Positions 40,184-51,346 are shown, numbered from the stretch's first letter. The stretch: DNA of 64,000 nucleotides from an uncultured Phycisphaerales bacterium (GCA_963755915.1 CAVWLP010000002.1:2624001-2688000); one strand, 5' to 3'. Program-made: numbers and translations. The notes: generated by a model not told the origin, from the letters alone.

Positions 40184-41250
40184 CGGGCGCTCCCGGCCAG
40201 TTCGGCCGTTTGGCGTTGAATTCCTCGAGGGCTTCGAGCATGGCAAGGATGTTTTGCCTCGGCATTCCGGGGCTGGTGCCGCCGCCGACGGAGAGGATGA
40301 TTCCCTGCCCGCCGGAGCCTTCGAGAACGTCGAGCGTGGCTTCCTTCACTTCCTCGGGCGTTCCGCGAACGGCAATTTCCAGCGGATTTACGTTGCCCAT
40401 CAGGCACATGCGGTCGCCGACGCGCTGCTTCACTTCGCGGATATCTTTCTGCTTGCCCCAGTTCAGCACGTTGAAGCCGCAATCGGGAAGGTGATCGAGA
40501 CAGGCGTCGACTTCGGCGTCGTTGTGATAGATCTTCACCCAATCCTTCGGGAAGGCGTCGCAGATGCGCTTGAGATAGGGATGGGCGAATTCCATGTAGT
40601 GCTCTTCGTTGATGAAGCCGACGATGTCGTCGAGGATGAAAATGCCTTCGACGGTGTCGCCCATGACTTTGTGCTGAGCCTTGAGCCAGTCGATGACGAC
40701 GCGGGTGCAGAGGTCGATGAGCTTGTGGCAGCCTTCGGGGTTTTCGACGAGCTCGACCATGAGGTTGGTGGTGCTGCGGACGAAGCCAGCGGTGCAGAGC
40801 GGGCCGCGCGAGGTGACCAGGGGCAGGATATAGCCGTGGTCGAGAATGCGCTGGCGGATCCATTTTGATGCGGTGCAGGGTCAGGGCCGCGAAGGCGTCG
40901 GCGTCTACTTCGTATTCGGGGAACTTGTCGATGTCTTCCAGGCGGTAGAGGGTGTGGTATTCGCTGGGGGTGTTGTCCTGCCAGAACTTGATCTTGGCGC
41001 CGAGGACCGAGGGCTCGGCCGCCATGCCGTATTCCATCCACCAGGAGGGGACGAAGATGATGTCGGGAAACTCCCGCATGATCTTCAGGTTCGATTGAAA
41101 CCAGAGCTCCGGATCGAGGTAGTAGTCCATGTGCTTGATGCCGAGATAGCCGGGAATCCACGGGCTATCGATGATCATGGCCATGGGGATTTTATCCAGC
41201 TTCTCAAGACGTGCGGCGCGCTTGAAGGTTTCCCACTGCTGGGGACGCAT
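40180..41250 (-). CDS. UroD/MtaA-CmuA-family corrinoid-dependent methyltransferase (frameshifts)
   Basis: RGPLC, ILDD, EFAHPYLKRI, IYHND, CLMGNVNP, GTPEEV, ILSVGGG..PGMP..NI.AM. Confidence 0.85.
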   Translation of the reverse strand: MRPQQWETFKRAARLEKLDKIPMAMIIDSPWIPGYLGIKHMDYYLDPELWFQSNLKIMREFPDIIFVPSWWMEYGMAAEPSVLGAKIKFWQDNTPSEYHTLYRLEDIDKFPEYEVDADAFAALTLHRIKMDPPAHSRPRLYPAPGHLARPALHRWLRPQHHQPHGRARRKPRRLPQAHRPLHPRRHRLAQGSAQSHGRHRRRHFHPRRHRRLHQRRALHGIRPSLSQAHLRRLPEGLGEDLSQRRRSRRLSRSPSRLRLQRAELGQAERYPRSEAARRRPHVPDGQRKSAGNCRSRNARGSEGSHARRSRRLRRAGNHPLRRRRHQPRNAEAKHPCHARSPRGIQRQTAELAGSAR

Positions 41251-41289
41251 AGGGGGGTTCCTGGCCTTTCGGAAAACTCGATTTTCGTG

Positions 41290-41325
41290 ATTATAGTAAG
41301 CGTTTACTGAATCGCCTAGTATAAT
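41290..41325. promoter_or_regulatory. Divergent promoters with a central LacI-type operator AGTAAGCGTTTACT (41295-41308)
   Basis: TATAAT on + (41320-41325) and on - (41290-41295); palindrome fits GNAANCGNTTNC. Confidence 0.65.
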
Positions 41326-41369
41326 CTCCTTTGCCGCCGGAGTCGAATCGGGCGGAATCTGGACGAATA

Positions 41370-42944
41370 GTGTACACACTTCGCGAAAAATTGACCCAGC
41401 CTAACCGTTTCCTGCTCGGAATCGAGCTGGTTACGACGCGGGGGACGATGGAGGATCGGCAGGCGGTTCAGACGCGAGAGTTTGCCGGGGACTTGGTTCA
41501 TTGCGACAGCGTGGATTGGGTATCTATAACGGATAACGCGGGGGGAAATCCGCAGCTAAGTCCGCTGGCGCTGGGGAAGCCGATTCTTTATGCCGGCAAG
41601 GAGGTGCTCATCCACCTCTCATGCAAGGATTTCAATCGCAATGGTTTGGAGAGCGCGGCGTGGGAGATGGCCAGCGAGGGGTTTCATAATATTCTGGCGC
41701 TCAGCGGCGACTATCCGGCCGGTGGGTATCACGGGCGGGGAAAGCCGGTGTTTGATATCGATTCGATCGGGCTGCTGACGATGCTGGGGGAAATGAACCG
41801 CGGGCTGGCGCGGCCGCATGTGAAGGACGGCGCGGCGCGGGCGACGGATTTTTTTGCGGGGGCTGTTGCCACGAATTTTAAGCGGCATGAGAACGAGGTG
41901 ATGCCGCAACTGCTGAAGCTGGAGAAGAAGATTGAATGCGGGGCGAAATTTATTATCGCACAGATTGGATACGACGCGCGCAAGAGTCATGAGATGCTCT
42001 GCTATATGCGGCGCGTGGGAGTCGGAGATGTTCCGCTGATTGGCAACGTGTTTCTGCTCTCGGCGGCGGTGGCGCGGTTTTTCCGAAGGCAGGCGATTCC
42101 CGGGGTGATTATTTCTGATGCGCTGCTGGAGGAATGTGAGCGCCGGGCGAGGGATGCGGCATTTTTCCGGGAACTGGCGGCGAAACAGCTTGCGATTTTC
42201 CGCGGGTTGGAGTTTGCCGGGGGATATCTTGGGGGCGTACACAATATTGAAGATGTGGGGGCGATCGTGGAGATGGAGCGATCGTTTGCCGGGGGGGACT
42301 GGAAGCAGTTTGCGCGGGAGATTCAGTATCCGTTGCCGGGAGAGTTTTATTTTTTTGAGCGGGATCCTGTGACGGGCCTCGCGGATGAGACGTCGGTGCG
42401 GGAACGGCCGGCGCCTCGGAAGGTCTCCGTTGGTTATCGATTTAGCAAAGGGGTGCACCACGCAGTGTTTACGCCGGGGACGATGCTGAATCGGCTGGGG
42501 CGGGCGATTTATGCGTCTTCGAAAGATACGCGGCGGGGGCCGCTGGCGCTGCGAATTCTTGAGCATGCGGCCAAATCGGCGATGTTTGGGTGCCGGGACT
42601 GCGGGGATTGCTCGCTGCCGGACATCGCGTTTCTCTGTCCGGAATCACAGTGCGCCAAGAATCAGCGGAATGGGCCTTGCGGGGGGACGCGGGATGGGAA
42701 ATGCGAGGTGCATGACTTCGAGTGCATCTGGAGCCGGGCGTATGACCGGCTGAAATCTGAGGGGCGGGAGCGGGAATTGCTCGCCCATGCGCCGGTGATT
42801 CAGGATGAAACGCTGCGCGGGACATCGAGCTGGGCGAACGCGCTGCTGGGGCGGGATCACACGGCTTGCGAGGCGAATCGCGCTGCGACGATTTCAAAAG
42901 AAAGGAAGAAGACGAGCGATGTTCAGAGTTCCGCGACTGTTTAA
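41370..42944 (+). CDS. metF: Methylenetetrahydrofolate reductase with fused C-terminal Cys-rich MetV-like domain
   Basis: SITDNAGG, IHLSCKDFNR, LALSGDYP, GAKFIIAQ; C-terminal CRDCGDC..CPESQCAKNQRNGPCGG..CEV..CIW. Confidence 0.85.
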   Translation: MYTLREKLTQPNRFLLGIELVTTRGTMEDRQAVQTREFAGDLVHCDSVDWVSITDNAGGNPQLSPLALGKPILYAGKEVLIHLSCKDFNRNGLESAAWEMASEGFHNILALSGDYPAGGYHGRGKPVFDIDSIGLLTMLGEMNRGLARPHVKDGAARATDFFAGAVATNFKRHENEVMPQLLKLEKKIECGAKFIIAQIGYDARKSHEMLCYMRRVGVGDVPLIGNVFLLSAAVARFFRRQAIPGVIISDALLEECERRARDAAFFRELAAKQLAIFRGLEFAGGYLGGVHNIEDVGAIVEMERSFAGGDWKQFAREIQYPLPGEFYFFERDPVTGLADETSVRERPAPRKVSVGYRFSKGVHHAVFTPGTMLNRLGRAIYASSKDTRRGPLALRILEHAAKSAMFGCRDCGDCSLPDIAFLCPESQCAKNQRNGPCGGTRDGKCEVHDFECIWSRAYDRLKSEGRERELLAHAPVIQDETLRGTSSWANALLGRDHTACEANRAATISKERKKTSDVQSSATV

Positions 42945-43849
42945 GTTGATCGGGGAGTTGATGAACAATTCCTTCGCGGGCGGCGCGGGCGTGGAAGGCG
43001 CGCGATCTGGCGGGGTTTCAGAAGCTGGCAATGATTCAGACGGACCTGGGCGCCGATTACCTGACGCTGAATATCGACGGGACGCAGTCGATGCGGGTGA
43101 GGCCCAAAGAAATGTTCGAGTTTATTCCGGAACTCATTCCGGCGATTCAGGAAGTGACGCGGGTTCCACTGTCTTTTGACAACCCATCGGCGGAATTTCA
43201 TCGGCGCTGCCTGGAGGTTTATGATCCGAAAAAGGGGGGGCGGCCGATCATCAATTCGGTGGCGGCGTCGCGGCGCGAACTGGACGAGATGCTGGAGCTG
43301 GCGAAGCATTTCGACACGATGGTGATCGGGATGGCATCCGAAAAGTTCGTCGACGGCGGGTCGGCGCAGTGTCTTTCGGCGGATGATGTTTATTGCGCGG
43401 CGCATCGCCTGGTGGAATTGCTGCGGGAGAGGTCGGGGCGGCAGTGCTCGGAGATCATCATCGATACCGGGCTGGCGCCAGTGGGGGCGGATACGTATGG
43501 GCTGGTGAACATGGGGCTCGATGCGATGCGGGCGATTCGGAGGAGTCCGGAGCTGGCGGGGGTGCATTTGTCGGTGGGGCTGACGAATGTTTCGTTCGGC
43601 ATGCCCAAGGAAATCCGCACCTCGGTGGAGAACGCGTATCTGACGCTGGCGGTGGAGGCGGGGCTGGATTTTGTGCTGGGGAATCCGGAGAAGCATTTGC
43701 GGTTGCTGGACGAGGAGGACCGTTACGTTCAGTTGGTGGCCGAGGCGCTGGAGTGCGGCCGGCCGGGAGGCGGGGAGACGCAGGAGGAGGCAGGCTTCCG
43801 GCAGGCGGCGAAAATCATCGGGCTGTTCAGTGAACACGAAATCATCTGA
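42919..43849 (+). CDS. Pterin-binding methyltransferase (AcsE/MetH folate-module-like; frameshift near 42980)
   Basis: LIGELMN, GADYLTLN, PLSFDNP, IINSV, IIDTG, VGLTNVSFGMP. Confidence 0.85.
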
Positions 43850-43890
43850 AAACTTCGAGGAACTGGCGCAGGATTTCGCGCACGCGAGCG

Positions 43891-45119
43891 GTGTGGCTGC
43901 GCGTGGGCCGGCTGATCGACGGGCGAAGCGATCGGCCGCTGCTAAATGCGGATATTTTGTTCGACGCGGGGGGGATTCAACTCGTTGCCGCTGGAGGGGA
44001 CGTTCCAACGCGAGGGGTGCCTGATGCAGTGTTGCCCGATTACACGGCGCTTCCGTGTTTGATTGAGGCGCACGCCCACATGTTTCTGGAAGGCGCGCCG
44101 ATTGACGCTAAGCGGCGCGAGGCGCATTTGAGGGAAATGCCCGAGGCGATGCTGGCAAAAGCGCGGCGGCGCTGGGCGAAGATTTTGAAATGCGGAATCG
44201 GGGCGATCCGGGATGCGGGGGACAGGCACGGGGTGGGATTGAAGCTGGCGGCGGAAGCGCGGGAGAGTCGTGGAAAGGTGGCGTCGACTCCGCTGATCGA
44301 CAGTCCGGGAGCGGCGATTCATCACCGCGGGAGATATGGGGGGTTCATGGCGGAGGCGATCGAGGAATATGCGGGGGCGGATGAGTGTGTGGCGGCGCGG
44401 GTGGCCGCGGGGGCGGATCGGATCAAGCTGCTGGTGAGCGGGATCATCAATTTTCAGGAGGGGAAGGTAACGACGGTGCCGCAGATGTTGCCGGATGAAG
44501 TTGCGGCATTCACGCGCGCGGCCAGGAGCCACGGGCGGCAGACGTTTGCGCATGCTTCGGGCGTGGAGGGGATTGCCAACTCGATCGAAGGGGGCGTGAC
44601 GACGGTGGAGCACGGTTTTTTCATCACACGCGAGCAGCTTGGGCAGATGCGCGACGCCGGGATCGGGTGGGTGCCGACGTTTGCGCCGGTGCAACTCCAG
44701 ATCGACCGGGCGGATGAGCTGGGATGGGATGAGAAGGTGGTGTCGAACCTTAAGCGTATCATCGATTGGCACCGGGAGATGTTGCGATATGCGCATTCGA
44801 TTGGCGTGAAAATTATTGCGGGGAGCGATGCGGGTTCATGCGGGGTTCCGCATGGGCTGGGATTCCTGCAGGAGCTTTGCCAGATGGAAGGGGCGGGGAT
44901 TCCGGCGATGGCGGTGATTCAAGCCGCGACGGGCGTGAGCGCCGCGGCGCTGAATTTCGCGGAGCCGATCGGGCGGATTGCGCCGGGGTTCCGGCGCGGT
45001 TCATACTTACCCGGCATGATCCGCTTCCCGGCGTTGCTAATCTGATGAAGGAGAAGACGGTGATATTCGATGGCGCCGCCGTCCAGTGTGAGACGGAGAT
45101 TGATACCGACGGTCTTTAG
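43891..45119 (+). CDS. Amidohydrolase family protein (frameshift near 44995; start may be GTG 43830)
   Basis: EAHAH, GADRIKL, FAHA, VEHG, AGSDAG, GRIAPG. Confidence 0.88.
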
Positions 45120-47994
45120 CCGCCGAGGCGATAAAAGCTTTCCGGCGGTCCGAGGAAGCTGGGCTTAACGCCGCCCAGGTCGACGACGATTTTTTCCAGG
45201 ACGATTGCAGGATCGACCATCCAGAATTTCAGGGTGTGGTAGCCGGGCGAATCGATGGTCATAGGGATTTTCACTTCGCGAATGCTGTTGATGACGGATA
45301 TCTGCCAATCGCGCTGAGTGTTGTCGGCCAGGGAATCGACGACCTGGGGCGTCTGATCGTCGATTGAAATTGCGAACCGCAATCCGCGGCCGGGAACAAA
45401 GGCCTGCGTTGGTGCGATCATTACGGAGGCTTCGGCGTTGCCGGAGTGAAAGAGATACATTTTATACTCGAGACAAGGATTTCCGGTTGGCGGATCGGTG
45501 CTGGAGGCGATGGTCATCGCCGAAAGCGTGCGGCCGTAACCGGCGATTCGATACCACTGCGAGGATTTGGAATCGATCTTTTTTGTAAAGTGCTCGGCTT
45601 CCATCGAGACGCAGCGGTCGGATTCGACGAAACCGTCGAGGTTCTGCGGCGTGATTTCGCGAGGATTTACGGCTGTGCATGTCACGGGAACGGATTTTCC
45701 AGCGCCGCTAATGGTGATCGTGGCGGTGGATGTGCCCCGCGGCGCTTTGTTCCAGTCTACCTGCACATTCAGGCGCAGGTCTTCATTTACAGTTCCGCTT
45801 TTGTTGCTCAGGAGCACCCAGCTTTTGCTTGCTTCGGCTTTGAACTGAAATGATTTGCGGCCGCGATTGAAAACGTCGATATAGCGGCTCTGGCGATTGA
45901 AGGAGTCGATATCAGGCAAAATCGCCGGCGCGGCATCGCCGGGCCAGGCGGAGGGTGAACCTTCGACGGCGACTCCGAGCGCGCCGCGCGAGGCACGTCG
46001 ATTCTCGTCACCTTGGGCATGCGATTTTCCGGCGGCTGCTGCCATCTCGTATAGCCGATGTGCGTCTGGTCCATCATGTGGTCCCATCGGCCGTTGCCCA
46101 GCGTTTGGTTGTAATAGTTCGAAAGAGCCTGGTCTTTTTGAAAGAGTGTTTCCGCGTCGTCGGCGAGGTGATTCGCGCTGGCCCGGCCCTGCGCGGCAAA
46201 GAGATGATTTTTGGCGACGGTGATAAAGAGATTCGCCACGTTCTCGTACGCTTCGGCGGGATCGATCACGAATTCGAAGAACGGGTCCTTCGCGTCATCG
46301 GGCAATTCTGCTTGAAGCTTCCCGGCTTCGGTGACGATCGCCTGGTAATCGGCAAGCACCTGTTCGGCTTCGCCGTAGTTCACGATGCTGAAGGTGTCCG
46401 GCGAAAGTAGCTCGGGCTTGATCCGGCCATTGAGTTTTTCGTATCGCCAGATCAGATCGGCGATCTGATCGGCGTGCTCTGGCCCAAAATTCTGTGCGGC
46501 CCACTGGCGGGTAAATTCGATCAGGTTTTCGCCGTTCCAACGGGTGGGGTTCCAGGCCAGGCTCAGAAAAAATTCGGCAGGGAACTCTACGTGCTTCAAA
46601 TGCCCGACGTTCACGATCCAGATCCGGTCGGCGCCCATCCGCGAGGCGAGGTTCATCTGCTCCCAGATTTTCGGGATGGGATTGGTGTCGATCCACTTAT
46701 AATTCCGCGGATCGCCGACGTAATCGAGGTGGTAGTAAACCCCGGCCCCGCCGGCGCGATTGCGCTCGGCTGGCGTGGGGAGCCGCCGGATGTTGCCCCA
46801 GTTGTCGTCGGACCAAAGCAGCGTAATATCATCGGGCACGCGCATCCCCGCTTCGTAGTATCCCTGCACTTCTTTATACAAGCACCAGAGCTGCGGAACT
46901 TTGGTCACATCTGGATTGATCCGCCGGGCGATGATCTGCCGCTGGTCGGCGACAATCTTTTCCAGCATCGCGATATTCGCCGCCATGGTGCCGGTGGACG
47001 CCATCGGGGTGTCGATCTTGCCGCGCATTCCAACGGTGATGATGCTCTCGAAATGGTCGTTGCGGACGAGCCCCTCGTCCCAGAATTGGCGCAACTGCGC
47101 GGGGTTGGTCGCGTAATTCCACCTCTGCGCCGAATATCCTGCCCGGCTCCATTCCTTGTCGGCGCGCATCATCGGCTCGACGTGGCTCGTCCCCATCACG
47201 ATCCCATATTCGTCCGCCAGCTTCGGGTTCAGCGGGTCGTCCTGGTTGAAGCAGGAGTTCCACATGGCGGGCCAGAGGTAATTGGCTCTCAGGCGAAGCA
47301 GCAGCTCGAAAATTTTTTCGTAGAACTGGTGATTGTACCCGCCGAATTTTTCGTTCACCCAGCCGGTGAGGTCCGGGTCTTCGTCATTGAGGAAGATCCC
47401 GCGATATTTCACGGCCGGCGGGCCCTGGATGAATACACCGGGCCTGGCGTAGACCGCGTCGCGATGCCGGACGGGAATATCTCCCCACCAATACGAGGGC
47501 GAGACGCCCATCTGCTGGGAGAGATCGTAGATGCCGAAGATGGTTCCGCGCTTATCGCTGCCGGCGATGACCAGCGCGTCGGCGACGCCTGGCAGGGGGT
47601 TCTGGACGACCGCGGTAAGGGTTGATTCCCATTTGCCCGCGATCGAACTCGCGTCGATTTTTCCATCGTGGACGAGCCGATCGACGATGGGGCTGTTGCC
47701 GAGCGTGCCGATGATGATCGCGTGAGCGGCGAGTTTCGCGGGGTCGGTTACGATCGGCGCGGTGATGCCGGTGACGCGGGCGATGTCGGCCTGTAGGTCG
47801 CCGGCGGCGCGGGTCACGCCAGGGAAATCGTGCGGATCGACGTAGAGATTCGCCGCCGATTGGCTTTCGACGATCGCGAAGCTGCCGGGCTCGGAAGTGG
47901 TTTGAACGTACGAATTCTGCCCGAGCGCGGGGCAATGGAGACCGAGGGTTGCCAGGAGAAGACCCGCGACAAAAGAGGCGAACCTCCGTGGCAT
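45116..47994 (-). CDS. Glycoside hydrolase family 115 (xylan alpha-(4-O-methyl)glucuronidase-type; frameshift near 45990)
   Basis: Signal peptide; GSDKRGTIFGIY, VKYRGIFLNDE, RLRANYLWPAMW, GTSHVEPM, SDDNWGN, GVYYH.DYVG.PRNYKW. Confidence 0.92.
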
Positions 47995-48007
47995 AACCCT
48001 CTGGACA

Positions 48008-48021
48008 AGTAAACGATTTCT
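48008..48021. promoter_or_regulatory. LacI-type operator AGTAAACGATTTCT upstream of GH115
   Basis: Fits GNAANCGNTTNC; 13 nt from the ATG; 12/14 identical to the reverse complement of the 41295 site. Confidence 0.6.
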
Positions 48022-48276
48022 AGGCCAAAAATATATGAACGCCGCAGGGAAGCCTACGCGATTTTCAGCCTCGCGGCAATCGGGGAAGAGGGGGGAAGAA
48101 ACGGCGGCGTGAATCGCGATTCTGGCGGCGAAGTCGCGACAGCGGTTTTAGGCGGAAAGCGGCCGGCGGCGGGAAAGCCGGTGACATCCGCGGTTTTAAG
48201 ATGAGCGGAACAGGAGGCGATCATCACCGGCCCGACGGCCGTTGCGATCGCCCGTAACGCGCTGCACTTCATCGCG

Positions 48277-48942
48277 CTAAACTTCATGCGCTGCCTCCAG
48301 AGGTTGCTTCTGAGTATCCCCAAGAAATCCCGGCAGATCGGCCGCCTGCGCGGTGCCGGCGAGGCCGACGCATTCGTTGACGGTCTTCTTTAGATCTTCT
48401 TGAATCGCCTCGCTGTCAATGCGCGGGCGGAAGAAATTGGCCCATGCAAATTCGGCAAAAGGGGACGATGTTTTTGCGTAACCGCCGGCGGCGCGTACAA
48501 AGCCGGCAAGACTGCGATAGGGATCGTCTTTCAGTTGCCTGAGGGATTTGGGCAGGGTGCGCAAGGGCTTGCGCTTGCCGCGGGCGTTGAAAGGATGGAC
48601 AAAACTGTCGGCCTTCATGCGCTTCCAGAAGTCGCGGGGGGATAAGTGCGAAAAATCGGCCTCGATTTGCATCGGGGCGGTTTTGAAATCTTCTTTCAAG
48701 AGGGCCAGGGCGAGGTGGTGGTGATCGATGACGTAGGCCTGGTCTTTGGGGCCGAGGACGACGCGGATGGGGGTTTCGAGGATGAATTCGACCATTTCGG
48801 CGGGCTGTTTCTCGAGGGCGCGCAGGCGTTTTCGTTTTTGTTTGACTTCGAGCATGCCGACGGTGAGCTGCGTGGGCCGCAGGCGGGAGATGGCGATGCT
48901 TTCCATCCGGGGTTGGGCGCTCGCAGGTTGGGGGATGGACAT
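48277..48942 (-). CDS. ParB-like nuclease-domain protein (ParBc_2 type)
   Basis: LRPTQLTVG, IDHHH, DDPYRSLA, FAEFAWA. Confidence 0.82.
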   Translation of the reverse strand: MSIPQPASAQPRMESIAISRLRPTQLTVGMLEVKQKRKRLRALEKQPAEMVEFILETPIRVVLGPKDQAYVIDHHHLALALLKEDFKTAPMQIEADFSHLSPRDFWKRMKADSFVHPFNARGKRKPLRTLPKSLRQLKDDPYRSLAGFVRAAGGYAKTSSPFAEFAWANFFRPRIDSEAIQEDLKKTVNECVGLAGTAQAADLPGFLGDTQKQPLEAAHEV

Positions 48943-48988
48943 TCTGGCCTCCTCGGTGGGGGATTGTAGCGGATGTTGCGGGGTAGAA

Positions 48989-49669
48989 TCATCCAAAAGT
49001 TTTTCGCTGCTGATGCTGCTCTCGATAGACATGGTGGTTATGGGAAATCTGGCGGGTGAAATCAGCGAGGCGCTGGGCGTCGGCGTGGCCGGTCTGATGA
49101 TGCCAGGTTTCGCGTTTGAAGGGGATCACCTGGACCAGGGGGGTTCCGCGTTTTAGTGCCTGTTTTGATGTGCGCGGCATCAGGCAGACGGCGGGGAAAT
49201 TGACGTGGGCATAAAACGTGTCGGTGTCGACCACGCCGGCGAGAATTCGGAATGCGTTTGGCTCGTGATTCAGCGGGGGCAGGTAGAGGGTGGAATAGCC
49301 GGGCGGGGTGACGATGATCCAGGGGTTGATGAACTTGATGACCGGGGAATCGGCCCAGGGAGAGCCGGCGAGTTGGGCGGGGTGATGGAGCTCGATGGTG
49401 GCGTCGCCGTTGGGCGAGTCGAAGGTGAGGGCGCCGGATTCGTTGAGATCGAAATTGACGTCGCCGGGGAGGGGGATGATGTAGCCGGTGGTCATGGCGT
49501 CGAGGAAGGGGGGGCATTGCTTCACCGTGTGCATCGTCCCCGCCACGTCGGGCAACTCGAGGTCGCCGGCCAGATCGCGATACCAGTGTGGCAATCCTCT
49601 GCTGGCCGGAAATGGTGCGGGAATCCAATCCTTTTCAGCCGCGTGGAATTCGATCACTTTGTCACTCAT
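48989..49669 (-). CDS. DUF6065-like hypothetical protein
   Basis: LPHWY, KQCPPFLDAMTTGYII, KFINPW, TPPGYS, GVVDTD, GTPLVQVIPFKR. Confidence 0.7.
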   Translation of the reverse strand: MSDKVIEFHAAEKDWIPAPFPASRGLPHWYRDLAGDLELPDVAGTMHTVKQCPPFLDAMTTGYIIPLPGDVNFDLNESGALTFDSPNGDATIELHHPAQLAGSPWADSPVIKFINPWIIVTPPGYSTLYLPPLNHEPNAFRILAGVVDTDTFYAHVNFPAVCLMPRTSKQALKRGTPLVQVIPFKRETWHHQTGHADAQRLADFTRQISHNHHVYREQHQQRKTFG

Positions 49670-51296
49670 GTCGCAGCCATCGCTTTCAATTCGGTTTCCA
49701 AACGGTCGAAAACGTCGTGCCAATTTCCGCGTGTTTTCTGGCGGAAGAGTCGCATGGTCGGATACCAGGCGGTGCGGTCGCCGTGCATTCCCCACCTCCA
49801 ATCGGGCGCAAACTGGAGGAGGGTCCAGACGGGCCTTCCGATTGCGCCGGCGAGGTGGGCCATGGCCGTGTCTACGGTGATGATCAGATCCATCTGGGCG
49901 ACGAAGGCGGCCGTAGCTGCAAAATCGTTTAGCTGATCCTGCAAATCCGTAATCGCAAATCGCACATGTCGCGCCTCCTTTGCCGGCCATCCGTTTTGGA
50001 AACTAAAGAATCGGACTCCGGGGATTTCGGCGAGCGGCGCAAATCGGTCGAGTGGAATCGAACGGTTCAAATCCTCGATTTCAGATTGACTGCCGGCCCA
50101 GACCAGGCCAATGTTGAGCCCTGCCGATTTTTTCCAATTTGGGGGCGGCTCTAAAGCACGCAGATATGGGCCTTGCCAATTGGTTCTTTCTTCCATTCCG
50201 AGCGCCAGGGGTAAACTGCCGAGGGGAGAATAACAATCCAGCGGAGGCAATTTCTGGGGGTGGGGAAACCATTTCATATCTGGCAAATTCAGTTCGAACA
50301 ATTTGCTTAGCGCAGGCAGACATTCACAAATGATCTTCGCCCCGCGATCGCTCAGGGCGGGCAAATATCGCGCGTATTGAATCGTATCGCCATAGCCACC
50401 ATCCTCGTAGACGAAAATTGTTCGTCCTGCCAGGTCGCCTCCATCCCATCTTGGGCAGGGGAATTTGCGCTTTGACCAGAGCGATCCCGGAATCCTGGAT
50501 CGCCACTCAAGTTCGGCAAATCCCTGGCGATATTCGCCGTTCATCATCAGCAGACTTCCGAGTGTTGTATGCGCCTGTGGATCCTCCGGCGCATGGCCAC
50601 GACGCGGTGCTGAAGCTCGAGCGCATCGTCAATTCGGCCACTCGCCCATAAAGCCTCGGCCTGTGCGGCGCACGTTTGGACGTTGTCCGGGGCGAGTTGA
50701 ATCGCCCGCCCAAACGCTTCACTGGCATCCTCGGGTAAATCCTTCTCGCGCAGCAGTTTCCCGAGTTGGAGCCACGCCTCGGTAAAATCGGTTTTGATTT
50801 CGAGTGCCTTGCGGGCATTGGCAATTGCCTCATCGATTTTGCCGCCTCCGCGCAGGGCGATGGCAAAGTTCAGTAGGGTTAGCGGATCATCGCCTTTGAT
50901 TTCGATCGCGCGCTGGAAAGCGGCGATGGCGCCGTTGCCCTGACCGGAGATTTGAAGGCAAACCGCCAGATTGAACTGTGCTTCGAAAAGCTGGGGATTC
51001 AGTGCAACGGCGCGGCGAAAGGCGACGATCGCCGACTGGAATTTGCCGAGTCCCTGCAGGGCCACGCCGAGGTGATAGTACGCCTCGGGCCAGTCGCCCT
51101 GCGCGGCGATGGCGCGGCGGATGAGATCGGCGGCGGTGCCGTATTGTTCGGACTGGAGGGCGAGGGTGCCGAGGCCGTAGAGTGCGCCGGCATGGTTGGG
51201 ATCCATGTGCAGGATCTGGCGGTAGCGCGCTTCGGCCTCGGCGCGGCGGCCGGCGCGATGGTGCTGAACGGCAAGGTCGAGGTCGTTGGTCATCAC
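49666..51296 (-). CDS. TPR-repeat protein fused to a GT9-like glycosyltransferase domain (frameshift near 50580)
   Basis: TPR repeats; EWR, WDG.DL.G, GYGDTIQY.RY, IGLVWAG, DLIITVDT..AHLAGA.G, DWRW, WYPTMRLFRQ. Confidence 0.88.
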
Positions 51297-51346
51297 TGAT
51301 GGGGGAATTCTAAGTGAGGGTTGGTGATTCGGAAACGGAGGGGGAA

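Noticed and set aside
41251-41369. Cobalamin or SAM riboswitch for the corrinoid cluster
   Set aside because: The 119-nt gap is occupied by two promoters and no B12-box or SAM-I core is recognisable.
48054-48287. Small lipoprotein-like ORF (MKFSAM...IASC)
   Set aside because: Weak lipobox, overlap with the ParB-like stop and the GH115 promoter region; cannot be supported without homologs.
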